NCBI GenBank assembly: GCA_012514235.1 | Contig: JAAZAR010000029.1 | Location: 39-64,038 of the forward strand | DNA from: Actinomycetota bacterium | Lineage (GTDB): Bacteria > Actinomycetota > Thermoleophilia > UBA2241 | Length of the DNA stretch: 64,000 nucleotides | Reading direction: 5' to 3' | Shown here: piece after piece, positions 40,048 to 49,867 of the stretch | Numbering within the stretch: the stretch's first letter is position 1 | Layout of the letters: each line of letters starts with the position of its first letter | Position numbers and translations under genes: made by a program | Notes under the pieces: generated by a model | The model's database searches: none | What the model was told of the DNA's origin: nothing | Seen by the model: only the letters and a program-made list of their open reading frames with translations

Positions 40048-41046
40048 TCACACCCCGTCGTGCCGTTCCTTCTTGGGAGTGCGCCCCATGAGCACGGCGA
40101 CGCACTCCTGCGGCGTGCGGTTCCCCGCCAGCACCTGGTACACGTTCTCCGTGACGGGCATCTCGATGTCGAGCCGCGTCGCGAGGTCGTGGAGCGCGAC
40201 CGCGGTGTGGAGGCCCTCCACGACCTGCCCCACCTGCCGCTCGACTTCGGCCGGCGAGGCGCCCCTCGCAAGGAGCTCGCCGGCCAGCCTGTTGCGGCTG
40301 TGACGGGACGTGCAGGTGGCGATGAGGTCGCCGATGCCGGCGAGGCCGGTGAAGGTGGCGATGTGCGCCCCCTGGATCATCCCGAGCCGGGTCATCTCGG
40401 CCACGCTGCGGGTGATGAGGCTGGCGCGCGAGTTGTCGCCGAACCCGAGGCCGTCGGACATGCCGACGGCCACGGCGATGGGGTTCTTGACGGCGCCGCA
40501 GAACTCGACGCCCACGACATCGTCGTTCGTGTACACGCGGAACGTGTCGCTCGTGATCTGCGACTGCAGCTCCACTGCAACAGCCTCGTCGGTGCACGCG
40601 ACGACCGTCGCCGAGGGCATGTCCTTGCTGACCTCCTCGGCGTGGTTGGGGCCGGAGAGCGCAGCGGCGCCGGCCCCGGTCTCCTCCTCGATCACCTGCG
40701 TCGGGCGCTTGAGCGAGCCGATCTCGTACCCCTTCGCCAAAGAGAGCTGCAGCGCGCCGCCGCTGCGGCGCGGCGCGACCCACCGTGCGACCTCGCGCAC
40801 CGCCTGCGTCGGCACGGCGTACACGATCAGCTCCGCCGGCGCGAGGTCTGCGTCCTCCATGCCGGTGAAGCGGATCTCCTGCGGCAGCCGCACCCCCGGC
40901 AGGAAGTGCGGGTTCTCGCGTGTGGCCTGCAGCTGCGCCGCCTCCTCGCGCGTGAGCGCGAGCACCTCCACGTCGTGCCCGCGCCGCGCGAGCAAACGCG
41001 CGAAGGCGCTGCCCCAGCTCCCGCTGCCGATGACGGCGACCCTCAT
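40048..41046 (-). CDS. gpsA: NAD(P)H-dependent glycerol-3-phosphate dehydrogenase
   Basis: 332 aa with VAVIGSGSWGSAFA, and GAVKNPIAVAVG. Confidence 0.93.
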   Translation of the reverse strand: MRVAVIGSGSWGSAFARLLARRGHDVEVLALTREEAAQLQATRENPHFLPGVRLPQEIRFTGMEDADLAPAELIVYAVPTQAVREVARWVAPRRSGGALQLSLAKGYEIGSLKRPTQVIEEETGAGAAALSGPNHAEEVSKDMPSATVVACTDEAVAVELQSQITSDTFRVYTNDDVVGVEFCGAVKNPIAVAVGMSDGLGFGDNSRASLITRSVAEMTRLGMIQGAHIATFTGLAGIGDLIATCTSRHSRNRLAGELLARGASPAEVERQVGQVVEGLHTAVALHDLATRLDIEMPVTENVYQVLAGNRTPQECVAVLMGRTPKKERHDGV

Positions 41047-41047
41047 G

Positions 41048-41695
41048 TCAGGCCCCTTCCTGCCTGCCGGAAGGGGCTCTGCCGCCGTTGCCCCACGGCA
41101 GCCTGACGCGGTGCTCTTCCCCGGCCAGCAGGCGCCTGATGTTGCCGCGGTGCGCCCACCAGACGATGACGGCGACCAGCACGCCGGCGATCTTGTACGG
41201 GACGGGCTCGTCGAAGGCGAAGGCGAGCACCGGGACGAGGAACGACGCCGTGAGCGACCCGACGCTCACGTAGCGCGTCGTGAGCACGAGCACGATCCAC
41301 ACGGTGAAGACGATGGCGAACACGACCGGGACCAGGGCCAGCACCACGGCGGCACCGGTCGCGATGCCCTTGCCGCCCTTCCCTTTGAGGAAGATGGAGT
41401 AGATGTGGCCGACCACGGGGGCGGCCGCGATGAAGATGGCGAACCACGGGTCGAACAGCGCGGCCGCGACGGCGGCCGGCACATACCCCTTGAGCATGTC
41501 GCAGGTCAGGACTGCGACGCCGGCCTTCTTGCCGAGCACGCGGAACACGTTGGTCGTGCCGACGTTGCCGGAGCCGTGCTGCCGGACATCGACCCCGTAG
41601 AACAGACTGCCGACGACCAGGCCGAACGGGATGGACCCGAGCAGGTACGCAACGACGAACAGGATCACGAACCCGATCACCTGGACGACGATCAT
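41048..41695 (-). CDS. plsY: glycerol-3-phosphate acyltransferase PlsY
   Basis: 215 aa, polytopic, with GSGNVGTTNVFRVLG and GGKGIATG. Confidence 0.92.
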   Translation of the reverse strand: MIVVQVIGFVILFVVAYLLGSIPFGLVVGSLFYGVDVRQHGSGNVGTTNVFRVLGKKAGVAVLTCDMLKGYVPAAVAAALFDPWFAIFIAAAPVVGHIYSIFLKGKGGKGIATGAAVVLALVPVVFAIVFTVWIVLVLTTRYVSVGSLTASFLVPVLAFAFDEPVPYKIAGVLVAVIVWWAHRGNIRRLLAGEEHRVRLPWGNGGRAPSGRQEGA

Positions 41696-42999
41696 CGCTT
41701 GCCCTTGAAGTCGATGACGAGGGGCACGCCGTCGAGCCCGAAGCGGGCGCGCAGCCGGTTCTCGACGAAGAAGCCGAAGTCACGCGTGACGAGAGTGCGG
41801 TCGTTGACCTCGATCGCAAGGCGCGGCGGCGACGTCCCGAACTGGGCGACGTAGTACATCTTGAGGCGCTTGCCGTGCTTCTGGGGCGTGGGTCGGTCCG
41901 CGGCGAGGTCCTTGAGTGCCCGGTTGAGCTCACGGGTCGGGATATGCGCCGTGTACTTGGCGTCGAGTCCGGCGACCGTGCGGAGGAGCTCCTTGACGCC
42001 GCGGTGAGTCTTCGCGGACACGGTGATCACGGGCGGCTTCTGGCGCAGCTTGCGCCGGGCGATGCCGGCGATCTCGTCCAGGTCAGCATCGGCGATGTCC
42101 GTCTTGTTGACCGCCAGGACGGTGGCGCAGTGGTGCCTCGCCGCCTCGGTGCAGATGGAGAGGTCCAGCTCGCCGAAGCGCAGCGTCGCGTCCACCACGA
42201 CGACGGCTACGTGCGCACGGTCGAGGCTCTGCACGCTGCGCAGGTACGAGTAGTACTCCACGCCGCTCACCTTGGCCGCCTTGCGCATGCCGGCCGTGTC
42301 GATGAAGCGGAACCGGCCGGCGTCCGTCTCGACGACGCTGTCGATGGCGTCGCGCGTGGTGCCGGCGATCTCGCTGACGATGGTGCGCGTCTCGCCGGCG
42401 ATGGCGTTGAAGAGCGACGACTTGCCGGCGTTCGGCCGGCCGACGATGGCCACCGGCGTCTCGGCCGGCGTGCCGTCCCGGTCGTCGCCGCCCGTCACGG
42501 CTCCTGTGATCTCCACGAGCCGGTCGAGCAGCTCCCCGCTCCCCGTGCCGTGCACGGCGGAGACCAGGAGCGGCTCGCCGAGTCCCAGCCGGTAGATCTC
42601 CGGCACCGTGGCCGTGCTGGCCGGGTCGTCCATCTTGTTGGCGACGACGACCACCGGCACGCGCGCCCGGCGCAGCACGTCCGCGATCCCGTGGTCGTCG
42701 GCGAGCGGCCCGCTGCGGCCGTCGAGGACGAACACCACGGCGTCGGCCGCGGCGATGGCGTGCTCGACCTGCTCGCGGATGTGGCCGGCGAACGGGGCGT
42801 CCTCGGTGGTGTCGTAGCCGCCGGTGTCGACCAGCAGCAGCCGGCGGCCCGTCCACTCCACCTCGACTTCCTTGCGGTCGCGGGTGACCCCCGGGGTCTC
42901 GTGGACCACCGCCGTACGGGTACCGCTGAGACGGTTGACGAGGGTGGACTTGCCCGCGTTGGGTGAGCCGACGACGGCGACGATGGGCAGTTCGGTCAT
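41692..42999 (-). CDS. der: ribosome-associated GTPase Der (EngA), tandem G domains plus KH-like domain
   Basis: 435 aa with two P-loops (GSPNAGKST, GRPNAGKSS), DTGG/DTAG and NKMD/NKTD. Confidence 0.95.
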   Translation of the reverse strand: MTELPIVAVVGSPNAGKSTLVNRLSGTRTAVVHETPGVTRDRKEVEVEWTGRRLLLVDTGGYDTTEDAPFAGHIREQVEHAIAAADAVVFVLDGRSGPLADDHGIADVLRRARVPVVVVANKMDDPASTATVPEIYRLGLGEPLLVSAVHGTGSGELLDRLVEITGAVTGGDDRDGTPAETPVAIVGRPNAGKSSLFNAIAGETRTIVSEIAGTTRDAIDSVVETDAGRFRFIDTAGMRKAAKVSGVEYYSYLRSVQSLDRAHVAVVVVDATLRFGELDLSICTEAARHHCATVLAVNKTDIADADLDEIAGIARRKLRQKPPVITVSAKTHRGVKELLRTVAGLDAKYTAHIPTRELNRALKDLAADRPTPQKHGKRLKMYYVAQFGTSPPRLAIEVNDRTLVTRDFGFFVENRLRARFGLDGVPLVIDFKGKR

Positions 43000-44363
43000 C
43001 GTCCCAGTCTAGCAAACGCCCTGGCGAGGGAGTCTGCCACCACCAGGCGGCCGCCACAGGCGGTCGCCAGCTCGTCCTCGCCGACGTCGTCCAGCGTGCA
43101 CCCGAGCTGTTCGGGGAGCCAGACGCGCGGGGCCGCGAGCACCTCGCCCTCGGCGAGCGGCTCGCGGCGCAGCGCCTCCAGCACCTCTGCGCCGCCGAGC
43201 AGGCCCGTGACCGTCACATGCGGGCCGAAGACGGCGTTCTCCACCGTGAACGGCCGCACGGGCAGACCTCCGGCAGCGGCGAGCAGTCCGGCCGCGTGCT
43301 CGAGCACTGGCCGCGCGAGCTCCCCGCCGAGCAGGCGTACTCCTGTGTGTCCCTCTGGGCGCGGCGGGAGGCGCCGCTCCTCGTCCTCGTCGGCGGCGCC
43401 TGCCTGACCGTGTGCCATCTGGGGGCTGTCTCCTCCCCACGCGGCCGCCAGCGACTCGGCCTCGTCGAGCAGGGCGGCGGAGATGCCCACGCCGTTCTCG
43501 TACTGCTCCGGAGCGTCTCCGGCGGGCGGCCGCGCGCCGGCGAGCAGGTAGAACTCGTCGGCGGCGTGCACGAAGCCCGCGCCTCGAGCCGCCCTGAACT
43601 CGCGCTGCCAGCGCTCCACCTGTGCGATCAGCCGGGCGGCGTCGTCCGCCGTCACGCGCCGCAGGTCCCCCCCCGCGGCCACGGAGACCGGGACCACGCC
43701 GAGGTCCGAGACGGACTCCAGTGCGCCCGTGCGCAGCACGGTCTCCTCCAGCACGGCCCCGTCGTTCCAGCCGGGGCACAGCACCACCTGCAGGTGCAGC
43801 CGCACACCGGCTGCGGCCAGCCGCTCAAGGATGGATCGGGAACGAGCGGCCGCCCGCCCCATGAGCCTGCAGCGGGCGGCGTCGTCCCACGCGTGCAGCG
43901 ACACGTACAGCGGCGACAGCCGCAGTTCCTCGATCCGCTGCAGGTCCGCCTCGCTGAGGTTGGTGAGGGTCGTGAAGTTGCCGTGCAGGAACGAGAGGCG
44001 GTAGTCGTCGTCCTTCACGGAGAGGGCCGGGCGCAGGCCTGCCGGCACCTGGTCGACGAAGCAGAACCGGCAGGCGTTGCGGCAGGTCCTCGGCGTGTCG
44101 CCGAGGCCACCCCGGTCGAGCGAGATGCCGTGCCATTCGCCGGCCCGCGGCGTCACTACCAGGTCGAGCGGATGTCCGTCACGCACGACGGTCAGCCACA
44201 GGGCGCCGTCCGCGGCCGCGTCCTCCACGTCGAGCACGTCGAGCGGGACGCGGCCGTTGAGGTCGATGATGCGGTCTCCGGCCCGCAGCCCCGCCCTGGC
44301 CGCAGCGTCGCGGGCGTCGGCGACGACCACGCCGCGGCAGTGCTCCCCGGCGCCGTCACTCAC
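42996..44363 (-). CDS. PDZ-domain / DUF512 putative radical-SAM-related Fe-S protein
   Basis: GTG 44363 (VSDGAGEH...). Has a PDZ-like AGLRAGDRIIDLNG, then CRNACRFCFVDQ and SFLHGNFTTLTN, typical of DUF512 proteins found next to der. Confidence 0.8.
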   Translation of the reverse strand: MSDGAGEHCRGVVVADARDAAARAGLRAGDRIIDLNGRVPLDVLDVEDAAADGALWLTVVRDGHPLDLVVTPRAGEWHGISLDRGGLGDTPRTCRNACRFCFVDQVPAGLRPALSVKDDDYRLSFLHGNFTTLTNLSEADLQRIEELRLSPLYVSLHAWDDAARCRLMGRAAARSRSILERLAAAGVRLHLQVVLCPGWNDGAVLEETVLRTGALESVSDLGVVPVSVAAGGDLRRVTADDAARLIAQVERWQREFRAARGAGFVHAADEFYLLAGARPPAGDAPEQYENGVGISAALLDEAESLAAAWGGDSPQMAHGQAGAADEDEERRLPPRPEGHTGVRLLGGELARPVLEHAAGLLAAAGGLPVRPFTVENAVFGPHVTVTGLLGGAEVLEALRREPLAEGEVLAAPRVWLPEQLGCTLDDVGEDELATACGGRLVVADSLARAFARLGR

Positions 44364-45297
44364 CGCAGAGGTCCAGCAGGGCGCGGACGGTCGCCTCGAT
44401 CTCCTCGTCCGGCGTGGACGCGCCGGCGGTGACGCCGACGCGGGCGGCGCCCTCCAGCCACTCAGGCCGCAGTTCCGCCGCGGACTCGATGTGGTGGGTC
44501 CGCGGCTCGATGGCCTGGCAGAGCTGGGCAAGGCGGGCGGTGTTGGCGCTGTTGCGCCCGCCCACCACGACCACCACGTCGACCTCCTCCGCCAGCTCGC
44601 ATGCCGCGCTCTGGCGCTTCTCGGTGGCGTCGCAGACCGTGTTGAACACGAGGAGCTCGCGGGCGACGGGCGCGAGCTCCGCGGCGAGCGCCGAGAGGTT
44701 GGCGCGCGTCTGCGTGGTCTGGACGACCACGCCCACACGCCTGCCGCGCAGCCGCTCTACGGGCAGGCCGGAGGCGTCCTCGACGACGACCGCGTCCGCC
44801 CCGGCGAACCCCTGGAGGCCCACCACCTCAGGATGGTCGCGCTCGCCGAGGATCACGACCGCGTAGCCGGCCTCCCGCAGCTGTGCGGCTTTGCGCTGGG
44901 CTACGGAGACGAAGGGACAGGTCGCATCGACGACGTTCAGCCGGCGCGAGCGCGCCCGGGCGATCACGTCGGGCGAGACGCCGTGGGTGCGGACGATCAG
45001 GGTGCCAACGTCCGTGGTCACGTCGTCGACCACGCGTACGCCGCGCTCCTCGAGGCTGCCGACGACGCTGGGATTGTGGATGATCGGCCCCAGCGTCGCG
45101 ACGGGGGCCGGCGCGCCCTCGAGCGCCTCACCCGTGAGGCGCAGGGCGCGCTCCACCCCGTAGCAGTACCCGGCGTAGCGGGCGACGACGATCTCGGTGC
45201 CGCCGGCATGGACGTGCCGGCGCTCCGGGCCGCGCTCCGGTTCTTCGTCGTAGGAGGCCGAGTCCTGCACGGCCGGATCGTCCTCAGAGCCGTGCAT
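44356..45297 (-). CDS. ispH: 4-hydroxy-3-methylbut-2-enyl diphosphate reductase
   Basis: 313 aa with GYCYGVERA, GPIIHN, DATCPFV, NTVCDAT and SANT. Has an acidic N-terminal extension of about 35 aa. Confidence 0.92.
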   Translation of the reverse strand: MHGSEDDPAVQDSASYDEEPERGPERRHVHAGGTEIVVARYAGYCYGVERALRLTGEALEGAPAPVATLGPIIHNPSVVGSLEERGVRVVDDVTTDVGTLIVRTHGVSPDVIARARSRRLNVVDATCPFVSVAQRKAAQLREAGYAVVILGERDHPEVVGLQGFAGADAVVVEDASGLPVERLRGRRVGVVVQTTQTRANLSALAAELAPVARELLVFNTVCDATEKRQSAACELAEEVDVVVVVGGRNSANTARLAQLCQAIEPRTHHIESAAELRPEWLEGAARVGVTAGASTPDEEIEATVRALLDLCGE

Positions 45298-45928
45298 ACA
45301 GTCCCGCCACCGCGTCGTGCATGCGCTGCGCGGCCTCCCGGTACCCCTTGCTGTTGCGGGTCGTGATGTCGCTCAGGTCGACGGGGGGTCCCACCAGGCC
45401 GCGCAGCGCCGGGAACCCGGGCCTGCCGTCGCGGAGCATGTACTGCGTGCCCTCCAGCGCCAGGGGGATCACGGGGGCGCCGCTGCGCAGCGCGATCATG
45501 CCCACGCCGGGCAGGAACTCGTGCACCGCGTCGTCCGTCTGGCGATGGCCCTCGGGGAACATGAGCAGCACCTCGCCCCGCTCGAGGATCGTGAGCGCGG
45601 TCTGCAGCGCGGCGCGGTCCCCCGCTCCGCGGTCCAGGGGGAACGCGCCGAGGCTCGAGATGAACCGGGCGGCGTGCTCGTTCTCGAACAGCTCCTTCTT
45701 GGCCATGTACCGGAGCGGACGGTCGAAGACCATCCCGGCGATCACCGGGTCCCAGAAGCACTTGTGCGTCATCGCCACCATCGCAGGTCCGGTCCGCGGC
45801 AGGTGCTCCGCGCCCTTGACGCGGCACCGGTAGATGCCGCCGAAGAACGGCACTGCCAGCCACCGGAGGAAGGTGTAGAGACCCGTGTCTCCCCGTCCTT
45901 TGAGCGGATATCCCCAGGGACCCTTCAT
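45284..45928 (-). CDS. plsC: 1-acyl-sn-glycerol-3-phosphate acyltransferase family protein
   Basis: 214 aa with the HxxxxD motif (THKCFWD), MFPEGHR, and a PVIPLAL block. Confidence 0.85.
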   Translation of the reverse strand: MKGPWGYPLKGRGDTGLYTFLRWLAVPFFGGIYRCRVKGAEHLPRTGPAMVAMTHKCFWDPVIAGMVFDRPLRYMAKKELFENEHAARFISSLGAFPLDRGAGDRAALQTALTILERGEVLLMFPEGHRQTDDAVHEFLPGVGMIALRSGAPVIPLALEGTQYMLRDGRPGFPALRGLVGPPVDLSDITTRNSKGYREAAQRMHDAVAGLYARL

Positions 45929-46584
45929 GACCTCACCTTCTCACCGGCGATCGCGACCACCACATCGACGACCTCGTCCAGCGTGAGCGCGGACGTGTCG
46001 ACCTCGACGGCGTCCGAGGCCTTGCGCAGCGGCGCGACCTCGCGCTGGCTGTCGCGCCGGTCCCGTTCGAGCTGCGCCGCGAGCACCTCCTCGGTGTCCA
46101 CGTCGTCGCCCTGGGCCCGGAGCTCGGCGGCGCGGCGCGCCGCCCGTACCTCCGGGCTCGCCGTCAGGAACACCTTGACCTCGGCGTCCGGGAACACGTT
46201 GGTGCCGATGTCCCGGCCCTCCATGACGATGTCGGCGCCCGCCCCGAGCTCGCGCTGCCGCTCGACCAGCAGCCGGCGCACGCCGGGGTGCGCCGAGACG
46301 ACGGAGGCCGCCGCCCCCATCTCGAGGCTGCGGATGAGGCCGGTCATGTCGCGCTCCCCGGCGAACAGGCGGCCCTCGTCGTCGAACCGCAGCCGGGCGG
46401 CGGCGGCGACCGACGCCACCGCCGCCTCGTCGTCCAGCGGGACGCCCGCCTCGGTCGCCAGGAGCCCCACGGCGCGGTACATCGCCCCCGTGTCCAGGTA
46501 CAGGAAGCCGAGGCGCTGCGCCACTCGTCGCGCGACGGAGCTCTTGCCCGAACCGACGGGCCCGTCGATGGCGACGACCGTCAC
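45925..46584 (-). CDS. cmk: cytidylate kinase
   Basis: GTG 46584 overlaps the tyrA stop (GTGA). VTVVAIDGPVGSGKSSVARRVA...LDTGAMYR. Confidence 0.92.
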   Translation of the reverse strand: MTVVAIDGPVGSGKSSVARRVAQRLGFLYLDTGAMYRAVGLLATEAGVPLDDEAAVASVAAAARLRFDDEGRLFAGERDMTGLIRSLEMGAAASVVSAHPGVRRLLVERQRELGAGADIVMEGRDIGTNVFPDAEVKVFLTASPEVRAARRAAELRAQGDDVDTEEVLAAQLERDRRDSQREVAPLRKASDAVEVDTSALTLDEVVDVVVAIAGEKVRS

Positions 46585-47699
46585 TCCGCCTCGACCTCCC
46601 GCCGCGTGCTGACCTCGTATCCGAGGGCCCCGAGCACGTGGGACGCGCGCTCGCACACCTCCCGCCCGAGCACGTAGACGGTGAGCGTGCCGCCGAGCTC
46701 CTGGCTCATGTGGTGCAGGGAGAGGTCTTCGACGTTGATGCCGGCGTCGCCCAAGGCGACCATGATCTCGCTGAACACGCCGGGCCTGTCCGGCACCGGG
46801 ATCATGAGCCGGTAGAGGTCCTCGGCCGGCAGGCTGCCGGCGGCGAGCATGCGCTCGCGCTGCTCCCGGGCTCGCGCGATCGTCTCGCCGAGGCGCGGGG
46901 CGTCGGCCGCGGCCAGCGCCTCCAGGACCTCCTGCAGTCCCTCCTGGAACTGGGCGAGAGAGGCGAGGAGCGCGGCCCGGTTGTCGAGGAAGATGTCGGT
47001 CCACACGCGACGGTTGCTCCCGGCGATCCGCGTGAGGTCACGGAAACTGGGGCCCGCCGAGAGCAGCGCGTCGCGGGCCCCGGCGTGCTGGCCGGCCTGG
47101 CTCATCAGCACGTTGGCCAGGACGTGCGGCAGATGACTGACGACGGCCATCACCCGGTCGTGCTCCTCGGGATCGACGGCGACCGGGCGGGCGCCGACGT
47201 CGCCGAGGAAGCCGTACAGGAGCTCGTAGGCATCGGCGTCCACGTGGGCGCCGGGCGTGACGAAGTAGGTCGCCCCCTGGTACAGGGAGGCGCGCGCGTT
47301 GGCCACGCCCGCCGTTTCGGAACCGCACAGCGGGTGCCCGCCGATGCAGCGGCGCTGCTCCGTGGGCGACAGCGCCCGCATGAGCGGACCCTTCGTGCTC
47401 CCCACGTCCGTGACCACCGCCTCCGGCGGGGCGGCCCGCAGGGCCTCGCGCACGTGCCTCACCACCAGGCGCACCGGCGTGCAGACGAAGACCAGTTCCG
47501 CGTCGCGGCACGCCTCCTCGAGACTGTCGCAGGCGGCGGTGATCGCGCCGCGTTCGAGCGCGAGGTCGAGGGTGGCGCGCGTCTGGCCGAAGCCCCGCAC
47601 CTCCGCCACCCCGGCGCGCTCCCGCGCGGCCAGCCCGAGCGAGCCTCCCATGAGGCCGACGCCGACGAGGGCGACCGTGCGGACCTGCCTGCCCGCCAC
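46581..47699 (-). CDS. tyrA: prephenate dehydrogenase with C-terminal ACT domain
   Basis: 372 aa with VALVGVGLMGGSLG, GGHPLCGSE, and a C-terminal ACT-like segment (VPDRPGVFSEIMVALGDAGINVEDL). Confidence 0.88.
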   Translation of the reverse strand: MAGRQVRTVALVGVGLMGGSLGLAARERAGVAEVRGFGQTRATLDLALERGAITAACDSLEEACRDAELVFVCTPVRLVVRHVREALRAAPPEAVVTDVGSTKGPLMRALSPTEQRRCIGGHPLCGSETAGVANARASLYQGATYFVTPGAHVDADAYELLYGFLGDVGARPVAVDPEEHDRVMAVVSHLPHVLANVLMSQAGQHAGARDALLSAGPSFRDLTRIAGSNRRVWTDIFLDNRAALLASLAQFQEGLQEVLEALAAADAPRLGETIARAREQRERMLAAGSLPAEDLYRLMIPVPDRPGVFSEIMVALGDAGINVEDLSLHHMSQELGGTLTVYVLGREVCERASHVLGALGYEVSTRREVEAE

Positions 47700-47702
47700 G
47701 AC

Positions 47703-48851
47703 TCAGTCCCCCTTCCCGGCCGTGCAGGCCGATCCGCGATCGACCTCCAGGGTCGCCAGCTTCTCGAGGAAGAAGTCGACCTCCTCTTCCGTGCCCACCG
47801 TGACGCGTGCCCAGCCCGGGCAGCCCAGGGTGTTGCCGTCGCGCACGATCACTCCCATGGCGAGCAACGCCTCGCAGACCCTGTCCTGCGGGACGCTGAG
47901 GCCCTCGATGTCGACGAGCACGAAGTTCGCCTGCGAGGGGACGGTGGCGCGGCCGAGCTCGGCGAGCCGCGCGGCCAGGCGGTCTCTCAGACGCGCGTTG
48001 GCTTCGCGGCGCTCCGCCACCCGATGCGGGTACTTGAGCGCCTCGGTCGCGGCGAGCTGGCCGAGCAGGTTCACGTTGAACGGCTGCCGGACCTTGTCCA
48101 GGGCCTCCCTCACCTCGGGGGCGCACAGGCCGTAGCCGGTGCGCAGGCCGGAGAGCCCGTAGATCTTGGAGAAGGTGCGCAGCACGACGACGTTCTCGTG
48201 CGCGCGCTGGATGTCGAGCGAGCCCTCACGGTCGTCCGCGGTGACGAACTCGACGTAGGCCTCGTCTATGACCACGAGGACGTCGTCGGGCACTCGTTCC
48301 ACGAGGCGGGCGATCTCGGAGGGCGGGACATGGGTGCCCGTCGGGTTGTTGGGGTTGCAGACGACAAGCATCCTGGTCCGCGGCGTGACCGCCTGCGCCA
48401 TCGCCTCGAGGTCGTGCGTGTGGTCTCTGAGGCGGACCTTCACGGGCTCGGCGCCGCAGAGCACGGTCACGTAGCGGTAGGGGCTGAACGACGGGGCCGG
48501 GAGCACCGCTTGGTCGCCGGGCCGCAGGACTGCGAGCGCGAGCAGGTACACGAGCTCGCAGCTCCCGGAGCCGACGACGACCTGGTCCGGTCCGCGGTCG
48601 TACAGCTCGGCGAGCGCCTCGCGAAGCACGGACGAGTGGCCGTCCGGGTACCGCTGGAGGCCGTCGACTGCGTCGAGGACGGCCTGTCTGACCTCCGGGA
48701 ACGGCGGCAGCGGGAACTCGTTGGAGGCCAGCTTGACGACCCGCTCCAGGCCGTACGTGCGCCGGACCTCCTCGATGGGCAGTCCGGGCCGGTAGAGCTC
48801 GAGACCGGCGAGCGCCGGGACGAATGTGACCGCCATCACGTGACTCCGCAA
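47703..48851 (-). CDS. hisC: histidinol-phosphate / aromatic aminotransferase (class II PLP)
   Basis: 382 aa with KLASNEFPLPP, NPNNPTG, and TFSKIYGLSGLR (PLP Lys). Adjacency to tyrA allows an aromatic aminotransferase role. Confidence 0.85.
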   Translation of the reverse strand: MRSHVMAVTFVPALAGLELYRPGLPIEEVRRTYGLERVVKLASNEFPLPPFPEVRQAVLDAVDGLQRYPDGHSSVLREALAELYDRGPDQVVVGSGSCELVYLLALAVLRPGDQAVLPAPSFSPYRYVTVLCGAEPVKVRLRDHTHDLEAMAQAVTPRTRMLVVCNPNNPTGTHVPPSEIARLVERVPDDVLVVIDEAYVEFVTADDREGSLDIQRAHENVVVLRTFSKIYGLSGLRTGYGLCAPEVREALDKVRQPFNVNLLGQLAATEALKYPHRVAERREANARLRDRLAARLAELGRATVPSQANFVLVDIEGLSVPQDRVCEALLAMGVIVRDGNTLGCPGWARVTVGTEEEVDFFLEKLATLEVDRGSACTAGKGD

Positions 48852-48916
48852 GGTCGAGGCGTCACTACGCGAGCGCCTTTCTGGTGTGGATGCACCACGG
48901 GCGCATGAGTATACAT

Positions 48917-49867
48917 CTAGGCGCTGCCGTCCCCCGCCGTGTCCGGTTCGCCGGACCGGCCGGCGCCGGCGTCGGGCGCTCCGGACTCCCCGGCAGCAGC
49001 GTCTGGCTCGGCGGAGGGGGCAGCCGGCATCTCCGGCGCACCTGCTCTCTCGTCCTCCGCGAGACGCTCCCGCCGCGCTTCAGGCGCCTCCGCTGCCAGC
49101 GGCACCGGCGAGCCCTCGGTCTCTTTGGCGACCTCGCCGGCCACCTGCTCGCCGGCGCGGCGCAGCGCCTCGACCTCGTCGCCGGCGAGCTCCCTGTAGC
49201 CGCCGGGTTCCAGGCCCTTGTCGCTCAGCGGGCCGTAGCGGCGGCGGCTGAGCTCCTCCACCGGCAGGCCGACGCTCTGGAACATGCGCCGCACCTGGCG
49301 CTTGCGGCCCTCGTGGATGGTGATCTCGACGAGGGCCGTCTTCGCGCTCTGCTTCCTGAGACGCACGTCGGCGGGAGCGGTCCGTCCGTCCTCGAGGTCC
49401 ACTCCCTGACGCAGCGTGCCGAGCGCGCGGCGGCTGACCTTGCCGCGCACCCGCGCGACGTAGGTCTTGGGCACCCCGTAGCGCGGGTGCATGAGGCGGT
49501 TGGCCAGCACGCCGTCGTTGGTCAGGATGATGAGGCCGGTGGTGTCCACGTCGAGGCGGCCGACCGGGAACAGGGCGCGGCCGCCCGGCACGAGGTCGAC
49601 GATGACCTTGTCGGCGTGCGGGTCGCTGCGCGTGCTCGCCACGCCGCGCGGCTTGTTCACGAGGACGTACCTGAGCTCGCGAACGGTGACGCGCTCGCCG
49701 CGCACGGCGACCACGTCGTCATGGGACACCTTGTGACGCGGGAACGTCACCACTTCGTCATTGACGGTCACGACGCCCTCGCGGATGAGCTCGTCGCACG
49801 AGCGGCGGGAGCCCACGCCGGCGCGAGCGAGGAAGACCACCAGGTTCATGGGCTGAGCCGGACTCAC
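48917..49867 (-). CDS. rluB: RsuA/RluB-family pseudouridine synthase with S4 domain and low-complexity tail
   Basis: 316 aa with an S4 N-terminus (FLARAGVGSRRSCDELI), catalytic GRLDVDTTGLIILTNDG, and an acidic/Ala/Pro tail of about 85 aa. Confidence 0.88.
   Translation of the reverse strand: MSPAQPMNLVVFLARAGVGSRRSCDELIREGVVTVNDEVVTFPRHKVSHDDVVAVRGERVTVRELRYVLVNKPRGVASTRSDPHADKVIVDLVPGGRALFPVGRLDVDTTGLIILTNDGVLANRLMHPRYGVPKTYVARVRGKVSRRALGTLRQGVDLEDGRTAPADVRLRKQSAKTALVEITIHEGRKRQVRRMFQSVGLPVEELSRRRYGPLSDKGLEPGGYRELAGDEVEALRRAGEQVAGEVAKETEGSPVPLAAEAPEARRERLAEDERAGAPEMPAAPSAEPDAAAGESGAPDAGAGRSGEPDTAGDGSA

Noticed and set aside
44356-45297. The acidic N-terminal extension of about 35 aa on IspH as a fused domain or mis-start.
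   Set aside because: No alternative in-frame ATG/GTG/TTG lies closer to the conserved GYCYGVERA core. The extension overlaps the plsC 3' end, as expected for coupled genes. It is too short and low-complexity to call a domain.
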